Source: Occultella glacieicola
GTDB lineage: Bacteria > Actinomycetota > Actinomycetes > Actinomycetales > Beutenbergiaceae
Direction: 5' to 3'
Assembly (NCBI RefSeq): GCF_004353825.1
Contig: NZ_SMNA01000002.1
Span: 1 to 64,000, forward strand
Length of the DNA stretch: 64,000 nucleotides
Shown piece after piece: positions 9,652 through 19,864 of the stretch; position 1 is the first letter of the stretch; each line of letters starts with the position of its first letter. The translations under genes and the position numbers were made by a program. A model generated the notes under the pieces. That model had not been told where the DNA came from. It ran no database searches and saw only the letters and a program-made list of their open reading frames with translations.

Positions 9652-12600
9652 GTGAGGACAGTTCGAGCGAGAGTCGTGACGTCGGTCGCGACCGCGTTGA
9701 CCATGGTCGCCACGTCGCTGGCCGTGGCCGGGACCGCAGACGCCGATCCCGGCTTCACGCCGGAGGCGCCGGAGAGCGTCGTCGACCTGGTCCGCACCGA
9801 CCACCCACGACTGATCCTCGACGATGCCGCCCTGGCCGACGTCCAGGGCTGGATCGCCACGGACGACGACGCCGCGGCTCTTGCCGATGACGTCGTCGGG
9901 CAGGCCGAGTCGCTCCTGGCCGCGCCGGTCACGATCTATGACTTCCCGGACGGGCGCAGCCTGCTCACCCCGGTGCGGACGATCCTCAACCGAACGTACG
10001 TGCTCGCCCTCTCCTACCGGCTGACCGAGGACACCCGTTTCCTGGACCGGGCCTACGCGGAGCTGGCCGCGGCGGCACAGTTCCCGGACTGGAACCCGGA
10101 GAGCTTCCTGTCCGTGGCCGAGATGCTGCACGCGTTCGCGATCGGTTACGACTGGCTGTATCCGGCCCTGACCGCGCAGCAGCGGGGCGTGCTCGAGACG
10201 GCCATGGTCACGCACGGCTTCGAGCCGGCCCAGGCGGGCTACGACGCCGGCGCGTCCTGGACCACCACGACGAGCAACTGGTCGATCGTGTGCACCAGCG
10301 GGATCGGCATCGCCGCGCTGGCCCTCGCCGAGATCGAGCCCGAGCGGGCCGAGTCGCTGCTGCAGCTCGGGCTCTCGCACGTCGGGCCGGCCCTCGACGA
10401 GTACGCCCCGGACGGCGGCTACCCCGAGGGCCCGACCTACTGGGACTACGCCACCCGCTACCTGGTGCCCTATCTGGCCAGCCTCGGCACCGCCGTCGGC
10501 GATGACTTCGGCATCTCCGACGCACCCGGGCTGTCCGGGACGGTCGACTTCTCGATGTACATGGCCGGCCCGTCCGGACGCACATTCAACTACTCCGACG
10601 CGTCCTCGACCTACGGCGGCCCGCCGGCCGCCTACTGGTTGGCGGACCGCTACGACCAGCCCGGGTACGCCTGGTGGGCCGACGAGGGGCTGCGCACGCC
10701 CACGAATCCTCAGGCCCTGCTCTGGTACGGCCTGTCCGAGCGGGCCACCCCGGCGCAGACCGAGATGCCCCTCGACCGGTACTTCAGCGGCACCGAGACG
10801 GTCCTGTCGCGCTCGGCGTGGAGCACGCCGACGGCGTTGTTCACCGGTTTCAAGGCCGGCGACAACAGCAACAACCACGGCGACCTGGACATGGGCACCT
10901 TCGTCCTCGACGCCCTCGGTACCCGCTGGGCGGACGAGCTCGGCGCCGACTCCTACAGCCTGCCCGGCTACTTCAGCACCGGACCCGACGGCGACCGCTG
11001 GACCTACTACCGCAAGCGCGCGGAGGGCCAGAACACCCTGGTCATCAACCCCGGATCGGGACCGGACCAGTCCGTCGCGGCGGCCGGGCGGATCATCGCC
11101 CAAGAGGGCTCACCCGCGGGCGCGTTCGCGGTGGCGGACCTCACCGAGGCCTACGCCGACCAGGGCGTGACCTCCTGGCAGCGCGGTGTCGCGATGATCG
11201 ACGACCGCTCCCGGGTGGTCGTCCAGGACGAGCTGAGCGCCACCACCCCGGTCGAGGCGTGGTGGTTCATGCACACCTCGGCAGACGTCGAGATCGCGAC
11301 GGACGGACGCAGCGCCGTGCTGACCATCGAGGGCCGGCACCTGCTCGCCCGGTTCCTCGACGCCCCGGCCGGGGCCCAGTTCTCGGTGATGGCCGCCGAG
11401 CCGCTGCCGACGTCACCGAACCCGGACGGACAAGCGGCCAACGGCCAGTCCAAACTGACCGTGCGCCTGCCCGGGGTCACCGACCTGCGCCTGTCCATCC
11501 TGCTCGAGCCGCTGCCGGTCGGCGGCGAAGGCGAGCCGGCACCGGTCGTGACCGCCCTCGCGGACTGGACGGTGCCCGCCCCCGGGGCGTCCACGCTGAG
11601 CGACCTCACCCACGACGGCGTGACGATCCCCGGTTTCTCCGCCGACACCCGCACGCTCGTGCTCGAGACGACGGACCTCGGCGAGATCGAGGCGGTCCCG
11701 AGCGCCGCGACGGACCAGGTCGACGTGCAGATGCCGGACGCACTGCCGGGCACCGCCGTCGTCTGCGTCGGACCCGCGGGGGACGAGTGCCGGACCCGGT
11801 ACCGGGTGCACCTGACCCGCCCGTACAGCGGTCCGCTGACCGGAAGCATCGTCGGCACGAACCCGACGTCGAACGCCACCGACGGCGATCTCGGCACGTT
11901 CTGGTCTGCACAGGGAGACGGTCAGTGGCTACGCGCCAACCTCCCCGCGACGACGACCGTGGACGGCGTCCGGGTCGCCTGGAGCATGGGCAGCACCCGG
12001 GTGTACAGCTACGACGTGCAGACCTCGCTGGACGGCGAGCAGTGGTCGACCGTGTGGTCCGGCGCGAGTTCGGGGACCACGCTTGACCTGGAGGACGTCG
12101 CCTTCGACCCGGTCCAGGCCTCGTACGTGCGGATCCTCGCCCACGGCAACAGCGCGAACATGTGGATGAGCCTGTCCGAGCTCCGGGTCAGAACCGCGCA
12201 GGGCGAGTGGCCACAGACCGAACCCGCCGCCCCCGACCCGGTCGCGATCGCGATCGGCTCCGGTGCCCTGAACCTGCACCCGCGGACGGTGGACACCCCG
12301 GGGCTCACCGTCACGATGAGTGACGGATCAACGGTCCCACTGGATCTGACCACGGCGTCCGTACGCTCCTCGGACGCCGAGGTCGCCGAGTTCACGAGCG
12401 ACGGCGTGGTGGTGGCCCGGTCCGTCGGATCGACACTCCTGACGGCGCTCTGGCGCTCACCGACGGGGACGCTGGTGGGCGGACGTGCCGCCGTGTCGGT
12501 GACCGATCCCAGCACCACCACCCTGGCCGCCGCCCGCGACGGGTACGTGCGGGACGGTACGTACGCCGATACGTCCTACGGCTCGGCCACCTCGATGACG

Positions 12601-13434
12601 GTCAAACGCGACCCGAGCGGCAGCAACGCCGGCTTCAACCGGGAGACCTATCTCGCGTTCGACCTCGAACCGGCCGACGGACGCGAGCTGGTGGCCGCCG
12701 AGCTGGTCATGACGGCCGGCGTCACCACCGACCGCACCATGGTGGTCGACGTCAGCACTGCCGGCGCGGACTGGACCGAGGCGACCCTGACCTGGAACTC
12801 CCGCCCCGCCGTCGGCGTCCCGGTCGCACAGTTCACGGCGGGTAGCGAGCCGGCACCGGTGAGCGTCGACGTGACCGACGCCGTCGCGGCCGTTCTGGGC
12901 GCGGACGAGGCGAGTCTGGGATTCGCGCTACTGCAGAACGCTCAGGACCGGCAGGCCTTCGGCACCTCCGTGTGGTCCCGGGAGCGGGGCGCGGGCGGCC
13001 CCACGCTCGTGCTGCACTGGGCCGAGGCGACCGCGTGCTCGTCCACGGTGACCGGCTCGAACTCCGGGGCGGTCACCCTGACCGGGCCTGTGGCCTGCCT
13101 CGTCGACGCAGACGTCCGAGGGCCGGTGACAGCCACGGGCGGGACGTCGGTCCGGATCGAGCGGTCCACGATCGCCGGTCCGGTTACGGTGCCCGCCGCA
13201 GGCACGGTGGTTCTGACCGACGCCACCATCAACGGTCCGGTTCAGCTGTCCGGCGAAGGTGCGGTCATCTGGGTGGCGTCGAGCACGATCCGCGGCCCGC
13301 TGACCGCGCTGACCCCCGGTGGCACGCTGGCCATGCTCGAGTCACAGGTCGTGGGCACCCTGACCTGTTCCGAGGCGGCCGGCTCGGTCCTCATCGAGAC
13401 CGAGGTCCGCGTTCTCGACCCGGCCTGCGAGTGA
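9652..13434 (+). CDS. Secreted multidomain heparinase II/III-like polysaccharide lyase (catalytic region, F5/8C-CBM32, Ig-like, DNRLRE-type domain, C-terminal repeat domain)
   Basis: Sec signal peptide; HPRL, NW..VC, YPEGPTYWDY, NHGDLDMG, YYRKRAEGQN; ATDGDLGTFWSA..WLR..SLSELRV (discoidin); DGYVRDG..RETYLAFDL..WTEATLTWNSRP. Confidence 0.85.
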   Translation: MRTVRARVVTSVATALTMVATSLAVAGTADADPGFTPEAPESVVDLVRTDHPRLILDDAALADVQGWIATDDDAAALADDVVGQAESLLAAPVTIYDFPDGRSLLTPVRTILNRTYVLALSYRLTEDTRFLDRAYAELAAAAQFPDWNPESFLSVAEMLHAFAIGYDWLYPALTAQQRGVLETAMVTHGFEPAQAGYDAGASWTTTTSNWSIVCTSGIGIAALALAEIEPERAESLLQLGLSHVGPALDEYAPDGGYPEGPTYWDYATRYLVPYLASLGTAVGDDFGISDAPGLSGTVDFSMYMAGPSGRTFNYSDASSTYGGPPAAYWLADRYDQPGYAWWADEGLRTPTNPQALLWYGLSERATPAQTEMPLDRYFSGTETVLSRSAWSTPTALFTGFKAGDNSNNHGDLDMGTFVLDALGTRWADELGADSYSLPGYFSTGPDGDRWTYYRKRAEGQNTLVINPGSGPDQSVAAAGRIIAQEGSPAGAFAVADLTEAYADQGVTSWQRGVAMIDDRSRVVVQDELSATTPVEAWWFMHTSADVEIATDGRSAVLTIEGRHLLARFLDAPAGAQFSVMAAEPLPTSPNPDGQAANGQSKLTVRLPGVTDLRLSILLEPLPVGGEGEPAPVVTALADWTVPAPGASTLSDLTHDGVTIPGFSADTRTLVLETTDLGEIEAVPSAATDQVDVQMPDALPGTAVVCVGPAGDECRTRYRVHLTRPYSGPLTGSIVGTNPTSNATDGDLGTFWSAQGDGQWLRANLPATTTVDGVRVAWSMGSTRVYSYDVQTSLDGEQWSTVWSGASSGTTLDLEDVAFDPVQASYVRILAHGNSANMWMSLSELRVRTAQGEWPQTEPAAPDPVAIAIGSGALNLHPRTVDTPGLTVTMSDGSTVPLDLTTASVRSSDAEVAEFTSDGVVVARSVGSTLLTALWRSPTGTLVGGRAAVSVTDPSTTTLAAARDGYVRDGTYADTSYGSATSMTVKRDPSGSNAGFNRETYLAFDLEPADGRELVAAELVMTAGVTTDRTMVVDVSTAGADWTEATLTWNSRPAVGVPVAQFTAGSEPAPVSVDVTDAVAAVLGADEASLGFALLQNAQDRQAFGTSVWSRERGAGGPTLVLHWAEATACSSTVTGSNSGAVTLTGPVACLVDADVRGPVTATGGTSVRIERSTIAGPVTVPAAGTVVLTDATINGPVQLSGEGAVIWVASSTIRGPLTALTPGGTLAMLESQVVGTLTCSEAAGSVLIETEVRVLDPACE

Positions 13435-13443
13435 GCCGGCGGA

Positions 13444-14232
13444 CTAGATGCCGAGCTCCCGCATCCGGCCGATCACCGCGTCAACCCGCGCCAGGTCGGG
13501 ACCGGCGTCGCCGGTGAGGCCGAGTTCGTCGACGATCCGACCGTCGATCATGAAGACCACGCGGTCCGCCCGGGCGGCCACGCGCACGTCATGGGTGACA
13601 ACGAGCATCGTGGTGCCGTCCCGGTTGAGCTCGGTGAGCAGGTCGAGGATCTGCTCGGCGGACTCGCGGTTGAGCGAGCCGGTGGGCTCGTCACCGAAGA
13701 CGATCCGGGGCCGGCGCATCAACGCCCGGCAGATGCCGGCCCGCTGCAGCTGACCGCCCGACACCTGGGCCGGCATCCGTGCGCGTAGGTCCCAGATCCC
13801 GGCCCGGCGCATGAGTTCCTCGGCCCGGGACACCCGGTCCGCGGGCGTGCCGACCCGGTCGAGGGAACTGGTCAGGACGATGTTCTCCAGCAGTCCGAGG
13901 TCGCGCAGCATCGTGGGCTGCTGGAACACGAAGCCCATGTGCTCGCGTCGGTGGTCCGCGAGCAGGTCGGAGGTCAGGGCGGTGAGTTCCACCTGATCGA
14001 GACGCACGGTGCCGGCGTCGACCGCGTCCATCCCGGAGAGGCCGTAGAGCAGCGTCGACTTGCCGGAGCCGGAGGGTCCCATGACGGTCACGAACTCACC
14101 GTTGGCGATGCTCAGGTCGACGCCGTGCAACACCTCCACGGCCCGGCCGTCCACGGTGAAGCTCTTCGTGACTGCGTGGGCGCTCAGGAGCGCGGTGTCG
14201 GAACCGGTGGGCGAGACGGTGGTGATCATCAT
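13444..14232 (-). CDS. ABC exporter ATP-binding protein (LolD/MacB-type)
   Basis: GPSGSGKST, VSGGQLQR, FGDEPTGSL, VTHD. Start at ATG 14232; the ORF track over-extends it. Confidence 0.92.
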   Translation of the reverse strand: MMITTVSPTGSDTALLSAHAVTKSFTVDGRAVEVLHGVDLSIANGEFVTVMGPSGSGKSTLLYGLSGMDAVDAGTVRLDQVELTALTSDLLADHRREHMGFVFQQPTMLRDLGLLENIVLTSSLDRVGTPADRVSRAEELMRRAGIWDLRARMPAQVSGGQLQRAGICRALMRRPRIVFGDEPTGSLNRESAEQILDLLTELNRDGTTMLVVTHDVRVAARADRVVFMIDGRIVDELGLTGDAGPDLARVDAVIGRMRELGI

Positions 14233-14237
14233 CGGTC

Positions 14238-16631
14238 CTAGTCCTTGATGGTGGTGGAGATGGCGAGGTGGGTGTCCGGACGTGTGCTGACGGCCGTGGC
14301 CAGAGCGACGACGAGCAGCAGGGCGAGCGGGGATGCGGCGTAGGCGAGCCAGGGGCTCGCGACCAGGCTCAGGTCCGACAGGCCGACGCCCGAGAGGAAC
14401 AGGCCGGCGAGCCCGCCGCCGAGGAATCGCGCGCCGACCGCGCCCAGGAGGACACCGACGGCGAGCACGACCGCGGAGCGGACCAGGTACTGGACCTGGA
14501 CCTGCCCGTCGCGGAAGCCGAGCGCCCGCATCACGCCGATCCCGAAGGCGTCGCGCACGATGAGCAGCCGCATGAACAGGACCGTGATGAGGGCCGCCAC
14601 GGCCAGCCCGATCCCGAGAGCGGCGATAGCGACGGCGCGCAGGGCGTCGATGGTGCCGCTCATCGTCGCGACGATGTACTCCCGCACCGAGCTGACCTCG
14701 AGGTCGGGATAGGCCGCGGCGTAGTCGGCGATCGCGGTGGGCACGTCCACGCCGGGGTCGAAGTCGGCGTAGACGGCGGTCCACATGAGGTCGGCAGCGG
14801 TGTGCGGGGCGACCATCTTCGCGGTGTGCCCACCGTTGGTGATGTCCTGGTAGATGCCGGTGACGGTCAACTCCAGCGACACCCCTCGGTCCCGGTCGGG
14901 CGCCACCGGCGTTACCATGACCCGATCCCCGATCCCGGCGCCGAGCACGTCGGCCTGCAGCCGGGACAGGGCGATCTCGGTGTCGGCGCTCGGTGCGACA
15001 CCGTCGGCATAGGTCAGCGGGAACGCGGCCAGGTCCCCGGACTCGATCTTCACGGTCACGGGCGCGCCGTCGGCGTCGGCGGCGGTGTAGGAGGCCGTGG
15101 CGAGCACGGCATGGGCGGCCACCCGCGGGTCCTGCGCGAGCCGTTGATCCAGGTCGGCGACCCGGTCGGCGGAGTCGCCCTGGGCGTCGACCCGCACGTC
15201 GCTGACCCCGGCACCCATGTAGGTGACGAATCCCGGTGCGGTCACCGTGGTGTGCAGGTTCTGCGGCAGGATCAGGATGAAGGCTCCGAGAGCGTAGATC
15301 ACGAGCGGCACCACGTACAGCGTGGGCCGCCGGAGCACGTCCCGCAGGCCGAGGCGCACGGACGTCGCCGGACGGTCACCCAGTGCGGATAGCAGTCGTG
15401 CCGGGCGTCGGCGCGCGGTATCGGCCACGGGGGCGCCGGTGCGGATCGCCTGAACGGGCGAGACGGTCGCGAGACGGCGAAGGGTGCGTCGCACGGCGAG
15501 CACCACGACCGCGACGATGAGCGCACTCAGCGCGAGGCCCAGGAACAGCGACGGGATGGTCCGTCCGGTCGGTCCGAGGTAGCGCTGGACATCGGCGAGC
15601 AGCACCGGGCTCAGCGCGAGCGACCCCGCCAGCCCGATGACGGCGCCGATCGCGGCGAGCACCAGGTACCTGCGCAGGTAGAGCCGGCGGAGTTCGCGGT
15701 CACGCACACCGATGGCCTTGAGCACGCCGATCTCGCGGTAGTCCCGTTCGAGTGTGGTGAGCAGGGTGAACCGGATGCAGAGCAGCGCGATGGCGACCAG
15801 CAGCACCGTCACGAGGATCACGACGGCCGCGGTGATGCCGCCGGAGAGCGAATTGACGAGGGCGAACAGCGTCCACGTGAGCGTCGGCCCGTTGGCCTCC
15901 AGCCCGGCCGTCCGGTACTCGGCCTCGAACTGGCTCACGGCGGCGACGTCGGCGAGCCGGAACTGGATGAGGTACTCGATGGCGCCGGCCTGACCCACGA
16001 CGCCGGTCAGCTGCTCGAGGACGGCCGGTGCGACGAGCAGCCGCTTCGACGAGGCGTAGGAGTAGTTCATCTGGGAGTCCCGCAGGAATCCGGCGACCTC
16101 GAGGTCAACGGCGCCGTCGGGTCCGGTCACGGTGAGCGTCTGCCCCTCCTCCAGGTCGAGCAGGTCGGCGTAGTACAGCGGTAGCCAGACGGTGCCGGGC
16201 TCGGGCTCGATCACCGCGCCGTCGGTGTCCAGCAGCAGGTCGAACTCGGCGTTCTGGGTCACGAACGAGTTGTCCTGCAGGCCCGGGGCGAGCGTCGTGT
16301 CGGTGCCGGCCCCGGTGACCCGGATCGTCGAACCGTCCACGTTCAGCATCGGAACCACCGCGAACTCCTCGACCCGCTCGTTCTCCGCGGCGAACGCGGC
16401 CATCCGCTCGGAGTCGACGGTCCCAGCGTGCATCTGTAGGAAGTGCGGGGTGCGCGCCTGCTCCATCAGTGAGGCACTGGCCCCGGTGACGGTCACGATG
16501 AGCGCACCAGCCGAACTCGCGAGCGCGGCCGACAGTGCCACGAACAGAACGAGCACGACGGCGGTCGTCGGGTTCCGGCGAACCGCGTTGCGGGTGAGCC
16601 GTCCCAGCACCGTGCGCTGACTGGGGTTCAT
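14238..16631 (-). CDS. FtsX-like ABC exporter permease (duplicated architecture)
   Basis: REIGVLKAIG and FGIGVMRALGF FtsX motifs in two halves; adjacent ATPase. Confidence 0.9.
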   Translation of the reverse strand: MNPSQRTVLGRLTRNAVRRNPTTAVVLVLFVALSAALASSAGALIVTVTGASASLMEQARTPHFLQMHAGTVDSERMAAFAAENERVEEFAVVPMLNVDGSTIRVTGAGTDTTLAPGLQDNSFVTQNAEFDLLLDTDGAVIEPEPGTVWLPLYYADLLDLEEGQTLTVTGPDGAVDLEVAGFLRDSQMNYSYASSKRLLVAPAVLEQLTGVVGQAGAIEYLIQFRLADVAAVSQFEAEYRTAGLEANGPTLTWTLFALVNSLSGGITAAVVILVTVLLVAIALLCIRFTLLTTLERDYREIGVLKAIGVRDRELRRLYLRRYLVLAAIGAVIGLAGSLALSPVLLADVQRYLGPTGRTIPSLFLGLALSALIVAVVVLAVRRTLRRLATVSPVQAIRTGAPVADTARRRPARLLSALGDRPATSVRLGLRDVLRRPTLYVVPLVIYALGAFILILPQNLHTTVTAPGFVTYMGAGVSDVRVDAQGDSADRVADLDQRLAQDPRVAAHAVLATASYTAADADGAPVTVKIESGDLAAFPLTYADGVAPSADTEIALSRLQADVLGAGIGDRVMVTPVAPDRDRGVSLELTVTGIYQDITNGGHTAKMVAPHTAADLMWTAVYADFDPGVDVPTAIADYAAAYPDLEVSSVREYIVATMSGTIDALRAVAIAALGIGLAVAALITVLFMRLLIVRDAFGIGVMRALGFRDGQVQVQYLVRSAVVLAVGVLLGAVGARFLGGGLAGLFLSGVGLSDLSLVASPWLAYAASPLALLLVVALATAVSTRPDTHLAISTTIKD

Positions 16632-16756
16632 GGCTCAACCGTTGCCGAACCGCGAGCCTGTGGGTATCGGTGGTCGCCCTGAGCAACCCCTGATCGCGAC
16701 CGGGACAGGTCAAGGTGATCCCGTCAGGGTTCGCCCGGACCCAGACGGACAGATGT

Positions 16757-16987
16757 TCAGTCTTCCCCGGTGTCCGAGTCCTCGTCCGGCACCACCACCG
16801 ACTGGTCGATCACATCGGCCTCGCCGGCCCGGTCGTCGAGGTCGGGGCGCGCGGTACCGGGGCGGTAGTCCTCCCCCGCCGTGTGCTCGGGGTGCGTGGC
16901 CTCCTCGACGAGGTTCTTCGGGTCGGTCTCGTCATCCTCCACGAGGCCGGCATCGCGCCAGGACTCGTGACCGGGAAGTGTACTCAT
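16757..16987 (-). CDS. Small acidic hypothetical protein (76 aa)
   Basis: GAGGAGGAG SD before ATG 16987; GC3-rich codons; D/E-rich sequence. Confidence 0.75.
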   Translation of the reverse strand: MSTLPGHESWRDAGLVEDDETDPKNLVEEATHPEHTAGEDYRPGTARPDLDDRAGEADVIDQSVVVPDEDSDTGED

Positions 16988-17042
16988 GACTCCTCCTCGA
17001 CTCGGGTCTGCCCATAGTGGCCCGGCGGCGGGTGCCGCGCCA

Positions 17043-17375
17043 CTACTCGCGGCGCCGGCTCGACCTGGCACCGCGGCGAAGGACCACCACGAAGACGACG
17101 ACGCCCACCGCACCGCAGCACAGCACCCCGCCCGCCCCGTAGCCGATCCCGTCCGCGCACACGTAGTCCCCCGCGGGGCCGGCCGGTCCGCAACCCAGGT
17201 GGAACACGTCCCGGGCGAGCGGGAGACCGATGAAGAACGCGAGCAGGCCCGTCGCGATGGCGGCGAGGATGGCGATGGCCTGCGACCGCAGGACGATGTC
17301 GACCCACGCCGGACCCGGGCGAGCGCCGGTGGCAGCGGTGCGGCCGCCGTCCTCGTCAGGCCCGACCCGTTGCAC
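17043..17375 (-). CDS. Small hypothetical membrane protein (2 TM)
   Basis: Two hydrophobic segments flanking a C..C loop. Start uncertain. Confidence 0.55.
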   Translation of the reverse strand: MQRVGPDEDGGRTAATGARPGPAWVDIVLRSQAIAILAAIATGLLAFFIGLPLARDVFHLGCGPAGPAGDYVCADGIGYGAGGVLCCGAVGVVVFVVVLRRGARSSRRRE

Positions 17376-17381
17376 GTGACG

Positions 17382-18233
17382 TCACCCGCGGAGCTGCCGC
17401 TGACGGTAGGCGTCCGCCGGATAGACGCCGAGGACCTTCACCTCGGTCGTGAAGAACTCCAGCTCCTCGAGGGCACGGGACAGCCCGACGTCATCGGGGT
17501 GTCCGTCCACCTCGGCGAGGAACTGCGTGGCGGCGAACTCCCCGCCGACCATGTAGCTCTCCAGCTTGGTCATGTTGACGCCGTTGGTGGCGAAGCCCCC
17601 GAGTGCCTTGTAGAGGGCGGCCGGCAGGTTGCGCACGTTGAAGATGAAACTCGTCACGACCGGGCCGTTGCTCGACGGGGCACGGACCAGTTCCGGGGAC
17701 AGGACCACGAACCTGGTGGTGTTGTGGTCCTCGTCCTCGACGTCCGTGGCGAGGATCTCCAGTCCGTAGACGTCGGCCGCGAGCGGCGGTGAGATGGCGG
17801 CCATCGTCGGGTCACCGGCCTCGGCGACCTCCCGCGCCGCGCCCGCGGTGTCCCCCGAGATCACCGGCGTCAGGTTCAGCGCCCGGATCACCTTGCGGCA
17901 CTGCCCCAGCGCGTGGACGTGGCTGTGCACCGTGCGGATCGTGTCCAGCGACGCCCCGGGGATCCCCATCAGGTTGAACCGGATCCGCAGGAAGTGCTCG
18001 GCGATGATGTGCAGGTCCGACGTGGGCAGGAAGTGGTGGATGTCCGCGACCCGGCCGGCCAGGGAGTTGTCGATCGGGATCAGCGCGAGGTCCGCCTCAC
18101 CGTGCTCGACCGCCGCGAACACGTCCTCGAAGGATGCGCAGGCCACGGCCTCCCAGTCCGGGTAGTGCTGCTTGCATACGATGTCCGAGTTCGACCCCGG
18201 CTCGCCCTGATACGCGATGCGTCCCTTGCTCAC
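17382..18233 (-). CDS. pheA: Prephenate dehydratase
   Basis: IAYQGEPG, PIDNS, SHVHALGQC, NTTRF, ACT domain NMTKLES. Start at GTG 18233. Confidence 0.96.
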   Translation of the reverse strand: MSKGRIAYQGEPGSNSDIVCKQHYPDWEAVACASFEDVFAAVEHGEADLALIPIDNSLAGRVADIHHFLPTSDLHIIAEHFLRIRFNLMGIPGASLDTIRTVHSHVHALGQCRKVIRALNLTPVISGDTAGAAREVAEAGDPTMAAISPPLAADVYGLEILATDVEDEDHNTTRFVVLSPELVRAPSSNGPVVTSFIFNVRNLPAALYKALGGFATNGVNMTKLESYMVGGEFAATQFLAEVDGHPDDVGLSRALEELEFFTTEVKVLGVYPADAYRQRQLRG

Positions 18234-18282
18234 GACAAGCAGTTTCCCACGTCGGCGCACCAGCGCCGGAGCGCGGGTGCGG

Positions 18283-19794
18283 TCAGTGCCTGGGCTCGGA
18301 CGGGAACGCGAGCGAGGCCGCGGGCCGCAGGGCGCTGTCCGGCCACCGGCTGGTCACGGCCTTGGCGCGGGTGTAGAAGTTCAGACCCTCCCGGCCGTAG
18401 ATGTGGGTGTCCCCGAACAGGGACGCCTTGCGCCCGCCGAAGGAGAAGGAACCGGCCGGCACCGGGATCGGCACGTTGATGCCGACCATGCCGGCCTGAA
18501 CCTCTCGCTGGAACTTGCGCGCCGCCGCGCCGGAGGACGTGAAGATGGCCGCGCCGTTGCCGTAGGGTCCCTCGTTCACGATCCGGATGGCCTCGTCGAC
18601 GTCGGCCGCGCGCAGCACCACGAGCACCGGTCCGAACACCTCCTCGGTGTAGGCCCGTGAGGACCGGTCGATCCCGGTGATCAGGGTGGGCCCCACGAAG
18701 TAGCCCTCGGCGTGACCCGGGACGGTCAGGTCTCGGCCGTCGAGCACCACCTGGGCGCCCTCGGCCTCCGTCTCACTGATGATCGAGAGGATCCGGTCCC
18801 GGGACGCGGCCGTGATGACAGGCCCCATCTCCGAGTCCTCGTCGGTCGAGGGCCCGACCACCACGGCCTTGCCCTTCTCGGCGATCGCCTTGATCAGGGG
18901 GCCGGTCTCCTCCTCGGAACCGACGGCCACGACGGCGGAGATCGCCATGCATCGTTGCCCGGCGGACCCGTAGCCGGCCGCGACCAGGTGGTCGGCGGCC
19001 TCGTCGACGTCCGCGTCCGGCATCACGACGGCGTGGTTCTTCGCGCCGCCGAGGGCCTGCACCCGCTTGCCGTGCGCGGAACCGCGCTCGTAGACGTGCT
19101 TGGCGATCGGGGTGGAGCCCACGAACGAGACGGCCTCGATGCCGGGGTGGGCGAGGATCGCGTCCACCAGGGCCGGCCCGCCCTGCAGGACCGAGAACAC
19201 GCCGTCGGGCAGTCCCGCCGCGGCCCAGAGCTCGGCGAGCTTCAGCGAGGCGCTCGGGTCCCGCTCGGACGGCTTGAGGATGAACGCGTTGCCGGCTGCG
19301 ATCGCGATCGGGGCCATCCACAGCGGCACCATCGCCGGGAAGTTGAAGGGTGTGATCCCGGCACACACGCCGAGCGGCTCCCGGTAGGCGTAGGTGTCCA
19401 CCCCGGTGGAGAGCTGGTCGGCGTAGGAGCCCTGGAGCAGCTGGGGCAGCCCGCAGGCGAACTCGATGATCTCCAGGCCGCGGGTGATCTCCCCCGCGGC
19501 GTCCGGGCGGGTCTTGCCGTGCTCGCGGGAGATGATCTCCTCGATCTCCACGCGCCGGCTCGCGACCTGCTCCCGGAACGCGAACAGCACCCCGGCCCGC
19601 TTCGTCAGCGACGTCTGGGACCACTGCTCGAACGCCACCTGCGCAGCCGCGACGGCCTCGTCCAGTTCGGCCTGGCCCGCCGCCGGGATCACGCCGATCA
19701 CCGCGCCGGTGGCCGGGTCGGTGACCTCGATCGGGTCACCGCCGGTGCTGCTCCGCCGGCCGTTGATCACGTGCTCCACCGTGGGTGCGCTCAT
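18283..19794 (-). CDS. mmsA: CoA-acylating methylmalonate-semialdehyde dehydrogenase
   Basis: GITPFNFPAMVPLWM, KPSERDP, LGGAKNH, GSAGQRCMA, EEVFGP; GAGGAGG SD. Confidence 0.93.
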   Translation of the reverse strand: MSAPTVEHVINGRRSSTGGDPIEVTDPATGAVIGVIPAAGQAELDEAVAAAQVAFEQWSQTSLTKRAGVLFAFREQVASRRVEIEEIISREHGKTRPDAAGEITRGLEIIEFACGLPQLLQGSYADQLSTGVDTYAYREPLGVCAGITPFNFPAMVPLWMAPIAIAAGNAFILKPSERDPSASLKLAELWAAAGLPDGVFSVLQGGPALVDAILAHPGIEAVSFVGSTPIAKHVYERGSAHGKRVQALGGAKNHAVVMPDADVDEAADHLVAAGYGSAGQRCMAISAVVAVGSEEETGPLIKAIAEKGKAVVVGPSTDEDSEMGPVITAASRDRILSIISETEAEGAQVVLDGRDLTVPGHAEGYFVGPTLITGIDRSSRAYTEEVFGPVLVVLRAADVDEAIRIVNEGPYGNGAAIFTSSGAAARKFQREVQAGMVGINVPIPVPAGSFSFGGRKASLFGDTHIYGREGLNFYTRAKAVTSRWPDSALRPAASLAFPSEPRH

Positions 19795-19864
19795 GGGGTC
19801 CTCCTCGTCGGGGTGTCCCCCAGTTCTACCCGTCGCGGCGCCCCGCGTCACCCCCTTCGCCGGG

